Assembly: GCA_964573385.1 (NCBI GenBank)
Contig: CAZNLA010000006.1
Coordinates: 1-38,248, forward strand
Length of the DNA: 38,248 bases
Source of the DNA: an uncultured bacterium
GTDB taxonomy: Bacteria > Armatimonadota > Hebobacteria > CAIYQO01
Direction of reading: 5' to 3'
A model generated the notes under the pieces. That model was not told the origin of the DNA. It was given only the letters and a program-made list of their open reading frames with translations, and searched no databases. The position numbers and the translations under genes are program-made. Of the stretch, positions 17,938-28,900 are shown piece by piece (position 1 is the stretch's first letter; every line of letters begins with the position of its first letter).

Positions 17938-18731
17938 CTACTGAACAATCATTATGGCAAAGATTTAAAGACAACAGAATATTAGACGATTGCCCAATTT
18001 ATGATATGCACGGACATTGGGGATCATTCAGTGGTATCAGCATGCCGGCATCTCAATTTGAAATTGGTAAAAAATTGCTACAACAATCCGGTGTTAAGCG
18101 GTTGGTTATATGCCATCATCACAGCCTGTTTACACCAGATATCGGCAATGCTATCAATATTGCGTCAGTCCGGGAATTGCCGGATATTTTACGTGCCTAT
18201 ATGGCGGTAAATCCCAATTATCCAGAAGTAATCCTGGATGACCTGGCCGATTACGATAATTATCCTGATGTATATGTCGGCTTTAAAATGCTGGCCGGGT
18301 ATCACCATGTCAGTGTTGACGACCCGCGATACCAACCGGTATGGCAGATAGCTAATGAACGGCATTTGCCGGTGTTACTGCATACATGGAAAGGGTGTCC
18401 ATATAATGGGTATGACCCGGTGAAGCGCGTATTGGAGAAATACCCGAATGCAAAAACCATGCTGGGACACAGTCTGTATGATGACTGGGATAGCGCCGCG
18501 GAATTAGCCGCGAACTTCCCCAATTGTTATTGTGAATTAACCGCCGCGTCAATAAAACGCGGTGCAATAGAACAGATGATGAAGACAGTATCATCAGAAA
18601 AAATTGTATACGGTACCGACTTCCCCTGGTTCAGCCAACCATACTGCATCGGCACAATTCTGGGTGCTGATATTACTGACGACGACCGGAGAAATATATT
18701 GTATAAAAACGCAATAAAGATACTCGGTTAA
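17934..18731 (+). CDS. Amidohydrolase_2-family metallohydrolase
   Basis: DMHGH, GFKM, VLLHT, LGHS, VYGTDFP, NILYKNA; ATGA overlap with the upstream gene. Confidence 0.88.
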   Translation: MTTEQSLWQRFKDNRILDDCPIYDMHGHWGSFSGISMPASQFEIGKKLLQQSGVKRLVICHHHSLFTPDIGNAINIASVRELPDILRAYMAVNPNYPEVILDDLADYDNYPDVYVGFKMLAGYHHVSVDDPRYQPVWQIANERHLPVLLHTWKGCPYNGYDPVKRVLEKYPNAKTMLGHSLYDDWDSAAELAANFPNCYCELTAASIKRGAIEQMMKTVSSEKIVYGTDFPWFSQPYCIGTILGADITDDDRRNILYKNAIKILG

Positions 18732-18891
18732 GATTGCTTATTTACTAGGCAGGTTTAGTGACCGTGGTAAAATTTTCAATCTAAAATCCTGATTATTTTG
18801 GCTCTATGAGCTTTTGTGTGGATAAAGCTTTGGTCCACTTAATCAAATTGTTGTTATTTAAGTATGGTCACATTAATAAATATTGGCTGCG

Positions 18892-18971
18892 GTAGGGGAC
18901 TGACTTTTGTTCGGCGATTTCAGACACATAATAAATTAAAGCAGCAGTCCGAACAATTGCCTGTCCCCGAC
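18892..18971. repeat. GTAG-led long inverted repeat
   Basis: GTAGGGGACTGACTTTTGTTCGG ... CCGAACAATTGCCTGTCCCCGAC. Confidence 0.6.
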
Positions 18972-19104
18972 AGTATCCAGGCTAACGCATGTGGTTACTC
19001 ATTAAAATGCCTTTCCAAGGCATTAATTACCATTAAACTTGTCCGATTAATTTGGTGTTTAGTAGTTACGTTGCATTAAGACTATTTTCATGATTATATA
19101 CATT

Positions 19105-19113
19105 TGTTATAAT
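19105..19113 (+). promoter_or_regulatory. Extended -10 element upstream of the helicase fusion
   Basis: TGtTATAAT about 50 nt before ATG 19165; RBS GAGG. Confidence 0.5.
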
Positions 19114-19164
19114 CGTTGTTATCGGATATAAATTATGTTAACAATGATTTGGCAATGAGGAATT

Positions 19165-22100
19165 ATGAGTTGTAGCTTTAAGCAAAAATCTCTTTCAATA
19201 GATTTAGAAATTGATGTTAAAGATAATAAATTATTTAATCTTGCTGCGGTGAGAGGTGATAATGGTGCCTCGATTTCTCTTCATAATAACAGTATACATT
19301 CGTTGTTAAGTAAGTTAGATGATTTTGCGGATGACTTATCATATCTTTTAGGACATAATATAATTTCACATGATGTGCCGCATCTTAAAGTAGTAAAACC
19401 CGGATTAAAAATACTGAATCTTCCTTGTATTGATACTCTGATGCTTAACCCGCTAGTCTTTCCGCGGAATCCTTACCACCATTTAGTAAAACACTACATA
19501 TCTGCTGATATTTGTCGGCAGTCGATTAATGATCCGGAATTAGATTCTCGTCTGGCACTTACATTATTTGATGACCAGTGTGAAGAGTTAATGAAATTAC
19601 AGAATGAATCTCCTGAATTGCTGACAATATGGCATTGGCTTACTACTATTGACGGAAGTTATGACGGGTTCGATATATTATTCAAGGAAATAAGAGCCAC
19701 AACCCGTCCGGAAGACGAAGTCGCGAAAACTGTTATTTACGATTATATTAAAGATAAAGGATGCGTAAATAATGCTGTAAAGATTATTAATGATGCAGTA
19801 GATATCGGTTGAGAACTTAGTTATATCATTGCCTGGCTTTCTGTCAGTGGTACCGGGTCTGATATTCCACCGTGGGTTCGGCATAAATATCCGAAAACTT
19901 TGAATATACTGCATAAACTCCGTAATTTGTCATGTAATTCACCGGAATGTCCGTGGTGTTCGACATTCCACAATTCGGAGAAAGAACTTAACCGGTGGTT
20001 TGGATATCCTGCTTTCCGATAGGAACCTTCTGACATCCACGGGAATCCTCTGCAGAAAGTTATAGTTGAATCAGCAATGAATGGTGAATCAATTCTGGGT
20101 ATTCTGCCTACTGGTACTGGTAAATCCTTGTGTTACCAGATACCCGCGCTTTCAAACTATTTTAAAACAGGTTCGTTAACAGTGGTAATATCACCGTTAC
20201 AGGCACTTATGGCCGACCAGGTTGCCGGTCTTGAGAAAAATGGTATCGCCGCATGTGTAACAGTAAATGGTATGCTATCTGTTTTAGAACACAAAAAAGC
20301 GTTGGAACGGATTTGTTTGGGAGACGCGGCCATTGTAATAATTTCACCAGAACAGTTGCGGTCAGTTTCTGTGCGTAAAGCGTTGCGACAACGCGCGATT
20401 GGTATGTGGGTTATAGATGAAGCACATTGTATTTCTAAATGGGGGCATGACTTTCGACCAGATTATCGCTATATTGCCAGATTTATAAAAGAATATACAG
20501 AAAAAAATACACCATTAGCAATGCAGGCACCGATAATGTGTTTAACTGCTACCGCCAAGGTTGATGTAGTTGAAGATATGGTACAATTTTTCAAAGAGAA
20601 ACTTAACAATGATATGTTAGTAGTGGATGGTGGCGCGAAACGTGACAACCTTCAGTTTTATGTAATTCCAACAAAAAAAGATGAGAAGCAATCGCTTATT
20701 TATAGTTTAATTCGCGAATCTTTACCTGACCAGGACAGTGGGGGAGCAGTAGTTTATTGTATTACTAAAAAAGAGACTGAAGAGATGACGTTATATCTGC
20801 AGGAAAAAGGATTACAGGTATCATTTTTTCATGCCGGTATAACTCCGGAATTAAAGAAAAATATATTGGAAAAATTTAGTAATAACCAGATTCAGGTTAT
20901 TGTCGCCACTAATGCATTTGGCATGGGGATAGATAAATCGAATATTCGTCTTGTTCTTCATGCCAGTATACCCGGTTCCATTGAAAACTATCTTCAGGAG
21001 GCAGGCAGGGCAGGAAGAGATAGAAAATCAGCAAAATGCATTTTACTATATACTCCTGAAGATGTGGATAGCCAATTTGGTTTATCATCAAGATCAAAGC
21101 TAACCCAACGGGATATAAATACCATATTAAAAATGTTGCGTAATATTGATCGCAAAACCGGACATACTGGCAGAGTAATAATCACACCCGGTGAATTATT
21201 ATTAGAAGCAGAAAAAACTGAGATTGAACATCTGCAATATGATATTGATAAAAACGCAAAAGTAGCAGTATCCTGGTTAGAAGAAGCGGGATTATTACAA
21301 CGTGAAGAGAATTATATTCAGGTTTATCCATCCTCATTGAGAATAACGAATATTGACGAAGCAAAGAAAAAAATAGATAAATCTAATTTGCAACAGGAAT
21401 ATAAAGATCAATTATTGGATATGGTTGCTTTAATTATTGAGACACCGAGTAATGAAAGCGTTTCAACAGATGAAATAATTATTCAGACAGGATTAAACCC
21501 TGACCGCATTAACCAGGCTATGTATGATCTGGAACGTTTGGGAGTTTGTAAGAATGATACTAAAATTATTGCGTTTGTTCATTACGGGGTAGAAAATTCA
21601 TCAAAAAAACGTCTGACAGATTCTTCACTACTTGAAATTGCGTTTATAAAGATGTTGCAGGAATTAGAACCAGATCTGGAAGTAGGTAACAGAACAAAAT
21701 TACACCTGCGACCTGTTGTTTCACGGTTGTCACAGGATGGGTTTAATGCGTCAACTGAGAAATTAGTAAAGATATTAAGAATATTATCAAGTGACGGTAA
21801 ATCAGGAAAAAATACTCTGAACAGTATAAAGTTAAAGCAGTCCGGAAATGATAATATGGATCCAACTTTTCATATAATGATTAATTGTCCATGGAGTGAA
21901 ATTATTGAACGGGTATCGCTTCGGCATAATGTGTGTATTACATTATTGGACCATTTTATAAAATCTTTACCAGACAAATTAACAGGAATTGATTTAATGT
22001 CAGAGACTACAATTGGAGAATTAGTAGCATCATTAGCCAGTGATTTAATGTTTACAAATAATAAAGATGATTTAATGTATTACACTGAAAATGGCATGTT

Positions 22101-24318
22101 ATGGATGCATTCTATGGAAATTTTAACTCTTAGTAAAAGCCAAATAATTTTCAGAAATGCTATGACATTGCATTTAAATAATGAAAAACGTGGATTTACA
22201 CAAGTAAATTTTGACCCGGTGCAAAAACTTTACACAGAAAAAACTCGTCAGATTCATATAATGATGCTGTATGCGGAATTAGCAATCACCGCTATTGCAG
22301 ACGCGTTGAGAATGGTAATGGATTATTTCGTGATGAAACGTACCGAGTTTATTAATAAATGGTTGCCAAATAAGGATGCTGAATTAGAACGTGAAACAAC
22401 CGATGAATCGTGGAAGAAGATAATAGAATCTCTTAGTTTGGTACAGAAAAATATTGTAGCATATGACTTGAAACGTAAAAAAAGCAGTAATATATTGGTT
22501 TTGGCTGGTCCAGGTTCCGGCAAAACCAGGGTGTTAGTACACAGAATAGCTTATCTGTTGCGGGTTAAAAGAGAAAATCCACGTGGGATAATTGCACTTG
22601 CGTATAATCGCCATGCTGCCGTTGAAATTCGCAAACGATTGAATGAAATGGTAGGGGATGACGCAAATGGAGTCACTGTGATGACTTGTCATGCCCTTGC
22701 ATTACGAATAGCCGGAATTAGTATGCAAGGCAGTGCTGATAAAAAAGATAATGAAAAATATGAGAGTTTACTAAAAAAAGCTATGAGTAAAGCGACATCA
22801 TTATTGAAAGGTGATGGATTAGATGATGATGATGCTGATATTCAACGCGAACGTATTTTGTCTGGTTTTAATTGGATATTTGTAGATGAATATCAGGACA
22901 TTGAAAAAGAACAATATGACCTTATTTCCGCGTTAGCAGGGCGTTCAATAAGTGATGAAAACAGCAAATTGACGATATTTGCGGTTGGTGATGATGATCA
23001 GAATATATATTCATTTAAAGGCGCATCCATACGATTTATTCGTCAATTTGAAGAAGATTATAAATCACGTCCGGAATATCTGACAGAGAATTATCGTTCC
23101 ACAGCAAATATAATTAATGCTTCAAACCAGGTGATTCAACTTGTAAATGACAGGATGAAGGTTAGTCATCCCATTACAATTAATCGTGAACGAAAAAAAG
23201 AATTACCCGGTGGGGAATGGCAGAAAGTGGATGTTATTGGAAAAGGATTAGTGCAGATTTTACCATCCGGGGATAATATAATCTCTCAGACAGTGTTGGT
23301 TATGGCTGAATTGCAACGATTAGCGACAATGACAGATAACTGGGACTGGAGTAAATGTGCGATAATTGCGCGTAATTGGGAATATTTGTATCCGGTACGC
23401 AGTTATTGTGAACAAAATAATATACCGGTTCAAATGGCGGATGAAAATGTTAACTGGTTCTGGAGATTACGTGAAACACAGTTATTATTGAATACATTGT
23501 ATAACAGAAAATCAAAATTGCTGAATGCGGAGATGCTTCGGAATATAGTTGCAAAGCAACCGGATAATCGTTGGAATTGGATGCTGTTACAGGTAATAGA
23601 TGAATATAAAATAGAGACTAATAATACAGAACAACATGAAAGCCAATTTATAGATTGGTTAGCGGAATGGTGTCATGAAGTGAAAAGACGTCAACAAGGA
23701 TTGATGTTATTGACAGCACACCGGGCAAAAGGACTTGAATTTGATAATGTTGTAATTCTGGATGGTGGATGGAATAGAAATAGCAGTAATGACGATACGG
23801 ATGCGGTGAATAGATTGTATTATGTAGCGATGACCCGTGCCAGAAAAAACCTTATCTGCGCTCATACTAATCAATATCATCCAATATTAGATAAGATAAA
23901 ATTGGGAGATTCTTTTGTAAAACGTCAACCTGTAATTATCGATTATAACCCGATTCAATACAATGATATATATAAAACTGTTGAACTTGATAAGATAGAT
24001 CTGAGTTATCCGGGCAGATATTATCCGGGAAATAGTATACACCGGCATATTTCAGCAGTATCTCCCGGTGATGAGTTACAAATAATAGATGATGACGGTA
24101 AATATTTTTTACTTGACCGATTTAGTAATAAAATTGGAAAGATGGGTCAAAAATTTGCGATTTTGCCGGGATATAAAATAGATTCAGTTTCTGCCTTTGC
24201 GGTTTTAGTCAGAAGAAAAACCGATTCTGAACCATTATTTATAAAGTATATTAATAATGAAACTTGGGAAATTGTTCTACCGGAGATAAAATATAAAAAG
24301 TTAGAAAATGAGGAATAA
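19165..24318 (+). pseudogene. Exonuclease-like/Zn finger/RecQ (SF2)/UvrD (SF1) double-helicase fusion with two in-frame stops
   Basis: ORFs 19165-19812 and 20077-24318 share a frame, and the linker reads DIG*ELSYIIAWLSVSGTGSDIPPWVRHKYP...CNSPECPWCSTFH...GYPAFR*EPSDIHGNPLQ (TGA 19810-19812, TAG 20020-20022). Motifs: IDLE, GHNIISHD, IDTL; LPTGTGKSLCYQ, DEAHC, HDFRPDY, QEAGRAGRD; AGPGSGKT, VDEYQD, VGDDDQNIY, ENYRS, HRAKGLEF, YVAMTRA. Confidence 0.85.
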
Positions 24319-24339
24319 AAAGGCTTTTGCAAACCCGGT

Positions 24340-24381
24340 GGGACAGACACCTTCCTGGCTTCGCCACTCGGTATCAGTCCC
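24340..24381. repeat. GGGACAGACACC...GGTATCAGTCCC hairpin repeat
   Basis: 12-bp stem (10/12 matched) with inner TGGC-TTC-GCCA hairpin, just after the helicase stop. Confidence 0.6.
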
Positions 24382-24409
24382 AGATTGACGAAGTTTTCAT
24401 CTATTTTAA

Positions 24410-24492
24410 CAGAACTTTCGCTTAAGTCACTTCGACAGGCTCAGTGACCGGTCGCTGATCTTGTCGAAGCGTTTATTTTTAAGCAAGTTTCT
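24410..24492 (+). mobile_element. Family A element with decayed right end
   Basis: CAGAACTTTCGCTTAA-GTCACTTCGACAGGCTCAGTGACCGGTCGCTGATCTTGTCGAAGCG-TTTATTTTTAAGCAAGTTTCT. Confidence 0.75.
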
Positions 24493-24590
24493 CTTTTTTT
24501 CTGCTCTTAACAGATTACCTTGCATATCGCCACCAGTCACCAACATTTGAATTAATGCCATTTTAAAAGTCATCTGCAATTACCCATTTT

Positions 24591-25883
24591 TTATTCATTT
24601 AAAAACCTATCCAAACTGAATAAACTTTTTGGATTTTCGATAAAAAGCCAGGTGGCTATTTCTTCGGCGCGTGCCATGGTTATGGTGCCGTCGGTTACTT
24701 TTTGTGTTAATGATGCTGCCACGTTTTGCCGGGCCAGGTATTGATGTCCGTAGACGCCGTCTATAAATCCGTAATCCCCACCAAATGCAGATATTTTATT
24801 GGCTGGTACCGCGTCTAACCATTCTACCAATGCGCGCCTGGCTGCTTCCGGGCTTATTATATGTCCCCAGCACATATCTATGAATACGTTGCGGAAATTT
24901 TTTGCCAGGTTGCCCATTTCCATTATATATGGGTATCCCATGTGGAATATGTCGAACTTAACATTGCGGTACTCCAGAAAAAGGTTTGTCAGCAGTGTCG
25001 GGTTAGAATCATAAATTACGTTGCCATGGCCTTCCTGCAAGCCGGTGTGAATCTGGTAAACTAGTTTGTTGTCATCCGCCACCCGGCATACAAAATGCAT
25101 CATCCAATCGGCTAATACCTTTGCGACTTTTATTGAATCGCGCCATTCCGGAAGAGTATCGTCACTGAATAATTCATTAAAAGCTTTTTCCGCTTCGGCA
25201 TATGTCACTTTATCAAAACGCAGGCTGCGACTATACGCTAATCCGCATTTAAGGCATACAACCCGCGTTTTTCCATTTAAATATTTTTCTATATGTCGTT
25301 TGGTGACTTCCATCCAATCCGTCAGGGTATGCACGGTCATATCTACCGCGGCCGCCATGGCGCGAACCTGATTATAATGTGATGGACAAATAAAACCATC
25401 TGTTCTCATGGTGAAAACAAAAGCGTCTTCTGTTTCTCTGTATGGTATTGCCATCGAATCGCGTATTGACAGCGCAATGCCGGATTTTTCCTGTAATACA
25501 TGTTTATAATGTCCGCCGCGTTCGCGTGCTGCTATGAATAATTTATTCAGTTTTTCAATGGTATCTTTATTTATAGCATTAATACCATATATATCCCGGG
25601 CAGCAATAGCCAGCGAACGCCCATATCCGGTATTTTCTGCCGCGTGCCAATAAGGCTCAACAACCTTCCACCGGGTGTTTATATCCTGCTTGCTATCCCG
25701 AACCATCTTTAATTCATCATCAGACAACCCGGCAGACACCAGATCACAATTAAAATAATGTATCAACCATTCTTCCAGGACATCCATATACTTTGACCGT
25801 TCCGTTTCAAATGGCAGATGTTCATGTGTGTCGATGATTTTCAGGGTTCTGATAAAATCTAACAAATTTTCATATGTATTCAT
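24591..25883 (-). CDS. Amidohydrolase-superfamily protein, uronate isomerase-like
   Basis: IIDTHEHL, CLKCGLAYSRSL, QIHTG, FDIFHMGYP, DMCW, FGGDY. Confidence 0.8.
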   Translation of the reverse strand: MNTYENLLDFIRTLKIIDTHEHLPFETERSKYMDVLEEWLIHYFNCDLVSAGLSDDELKMVRDSKQDINTRWKVVEPYWHAAENTGYGRSLAIAARDIYGINAINKDTIEKLNKLFIAARERGGHYKHVLQEKSGIALSIRDSMAIPYRETEDAFVFTMRTDGFICPSHYNQVRAMAAAVDMTVHTLTDWMEVTKRHIEKYLNGKTRVVCLKCGLAYSRSLRFDKVTYAEAEKAFNELFSDDTLPEWRDSIKVAKVLADWMMHFVCRVADDNKLVYQIHTGLQEGHGNVIYDSNPTLLTNLFLEYRNVKFDIFHMGYPYIMEMGNLAKNFRNVFIDMCWGHIISPEAARRALVEWLDAVPANKISAFGGDYGFIDGVYGHQYLARQNVAASLTQKVTDGTITMARAEEIATWLFIENPKSLFSLDRFLNE

Positions 25884-25943
25884 GTATTCCCCTTCATATT
25901 ATTCGAATCCAAGCCAAAAATAATCTGTCGTTACGTTTTTTGT

Positions 25944-28900
25944 TTATTTATCTGCAGGTTTCACAAATACTAGATTGTCTATATATAGCGACTGACCACC
26001 GTAGTTATTCTCGCCCATCAGGATACTCAGGGTTTTAGGGTTGTTGATATTGCTGTCGCCCAATGGGATGGTGGATATTGTTTTATCTGCGTATTTAAAT
26101 GTTAAGACACCATTTACGTTTTCTATGCTGAAACTATTCCATGTATTGCATAGTTTATCGATGGTGGTAGTGTCGGTAAATGTCCCGTTTACTACTGTTT
26201 GTCCATTAAACTTTATAAATACAGAGTCGTTCCAGTTCCATACCAGGCGGTTGAAATCTGCAATTACTTTATCGGTTGCATCTTTCACCAGTATGCGTAT
26301 TTGGGTACGCTTATCAGTGCTGGAATAATCGAACTTCATATCGCCTGATATTTTCCAGAAAGAAAGGCCGGTGTTTGTTCCTAAATCGCGGAAGGCATAC
26401 ATGTGTCCGGATGACCCGGCTGCCCTTAACTTCAGGCACGGTGCCTTTACCGGCGCGCCTTCAGTATTAGTATATTCAAATTGTCCGTAATTGCCGGCAC
26501 TGCCATCCGCTATAGGGTCCCGTTTCCAGTTATTCTGTCCATCCGCAACGGTGCCAACCGCAAGTCCTTCGACTAAGTCGGTTGTGGTGCATTTAACCAC
26601 CAGAATATTTACCGGTGCGGAAACTGTTGTCGCGTCTTTATCATCGGTGGCTTTTGCGGTTAATACATATTTACCCGGGGTTATGTCGTTCCATGTTAAT
26701 GTGAAAGGGGCAACCGCGGATTCACCAATTTTATTTGTGTCCCGGAAGAACTCAACTTTTTTTACTGTACCATCGCTATCGGTGGTATTTGTTGTGATTA
26801 TAACCGATGCTGGCACAACGGTGAATGATGAATTGTTAACTGGCGCAGATATACTCACCTTTGGCGGGTCATTGGATAAAACAGCAATGTTCACTTCCTT
26901 TGAAGTCGTAACTCCACCCTTGTCATCGATTGCCTTCACTGTTAATACCTGATTGCCGAATGGTATATTGGTCCATTTATAACTGTAAGGCTTAGTTGTA
27001 TCTTCACCCAGTTTTGTTGTTCCCTGGTAAAACTCAACCTTGCTTACAAAACCGTCGTCATCAACCGCACTGGCGGTGATGGTGATAGATGTCGGCCGTA
27101 CAAATGGTTCATCATTGACTGGACTGGTGATGCTGGTTACCGGCAGGATATTTTCTTTTGATGCCGGCAGTCGGTACATATTCGGTTTTCCGCCCCAACC
27201 GCTGTTTTCCGAGAAGATGATAAACTCGCCATTCTTACGTTTAAATGCTGAAAGTCCCATTGCCGCGTCTTCCCAGGCTATCCCACCAGATACTTCCGGT
27301 CCTGCATTGAGGATGCGCTCCAGTGAGCCATCGGTGGTTTTGAATACGTTAATTTGTCCCCATAATTCGGCAAAGAACAGCTTATCATCCGCGACATCCA
27401 TCCCCATCCATTTATGCACACATCCCCATGGACGTCCGATTTCATACATGAAATCGGTGCTGGTGTTGGGGTTTGGCAAGGTTATAAACCAGCGCGCCTT
27501 GCGGTTGCCGGTGCTCCATTCGTCGTATCGGGCAAGGTAATTAACCGAGTCGTCTTTCTCTGTCAATCTCGGTTGGGCGGCGGCGCTAAGGTACATGGAA
27601 TCGCGTTTCGAATCGTAAAACAGTGATGCTCCCATTCCCCAGTTACTGATTAATTGCCCGGTGCCGGGGAAGTTGGCGTCTTCAACGTCGTCTTTGTTCA
27701 TTGTATATATCGGTGCGCCTTGCGGGGTCATCGCTGTAACCTTAAAATGCCGCGCAATAACGGTATTAGGTGTCATACACGCCAGCCAGACATCGCCATT
27801 GTCGTCCACGCAAAATGTGCTCATTCCGCCGGGGGTGGTTCCGGTGGTTACTTCATCCGCTGTCTCTTTTCCATCTCCATTGGTATCAACCCATATCTGT
27901 GCACCGCTATTGCGGATTTGTCCGCATGGAATGGCAATTTCACCGTCATAACGGAAGATTCCGACATATTCCACGCTTCCTTGGCCACTGGTATACATAA
28001 TCTTCGCGCGTTTTGTACCAACCCGACGGATTATAGTTTGGGCGTTTCCCTGGCGTGGCGGGGCGCCATATAATTTAGGATTCCAGTTGTAACCTTTGAA
28101 TGACCATTCGCTGCCGGGTGCGGTTTTGTTGTAGTCCAGTTTGCCGTGCCAATATACGCTGTAGGCATCCTGCCCGTCGGTATCCGGGTCGAGATCCGGG
28201 GTGTTGCAAAAGAACAAGCCGTTCATCATCCACACCAGTTTACCGTCCGGGGTAATTTTTCGCAGGTCTGTGCCCTGCATACCGTTAGATACGTATATGT
28301 TGCCGTTGGCATCAATGCCCACGCCGGTGATACCGTAAAATCGAGCGTAGCCACCCGCCGCCGGGTCATTAATAAGTCCGGGATTTTTGCCGGAAAACAG
28401 TCCGTCCTGTATGCCGAAAGTGCCGGTTTTAACCGGAGTATCTTTCAGATTGCCGTAAATTTTAATATTCATATCGGCGTTGTCGGCGATAAGCAGTCGA
28501 TCATTAACTGCATCATACGCAATTGCGACGGGATTAACGATATCGGTAATCTGTTTGTCCGTGTATTTGCCGTTGGGGTGGTAGCATTTAATGATGCCGG
28601 GATATTTCGTTGAGATTGTGGTTCCCACCGGGAAATCATTAGCTTCCGAAATAATCCACAGGTCGCCACGTTTATCCACCGCCATCGGTCCGGGACGAGT
28701 AAAATCAAAAGCGCGTGACATAACTTCATTAATTTCCGACTTGAATCCAGCCACGTCCGGTCCACCGCAATTGATGGCGAAAACCTGCTTGCTGTCAGTT
28801 GATAGTATTTCAATGCCGCAAATAACCACATGGCCGTCGCCGCCCCTGACGCGTTCGAAATAGACAGTCAATTTGCCGTTTGCGTCAGACTGTGCATTCG

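Noticed and set aside
18864-19079. 71-aa ORF upstream of the helicase as a partner gene
   Set aside because: It spans the inverted repeat, has no SD and no motif.
19810-19870. Selenocysteine at the TGA in the helicase fusion
   Set aside because: The context is not a redox Cys site (Trp, TGG>TGA, is more plausible), I see no convincing SECIS hairpin, and a TAG follows anyway.
13505-20022. Alternative genetic code or stop-codon reassignment explaining the interrupted genes
   Set aside because: Three different stops are involved (TAA, TGA, TAG). TAA ends most genes, TGA ends 17937 in an ATGA overlap, TAG ends 33037, and the other long ORFs have no internal stops.
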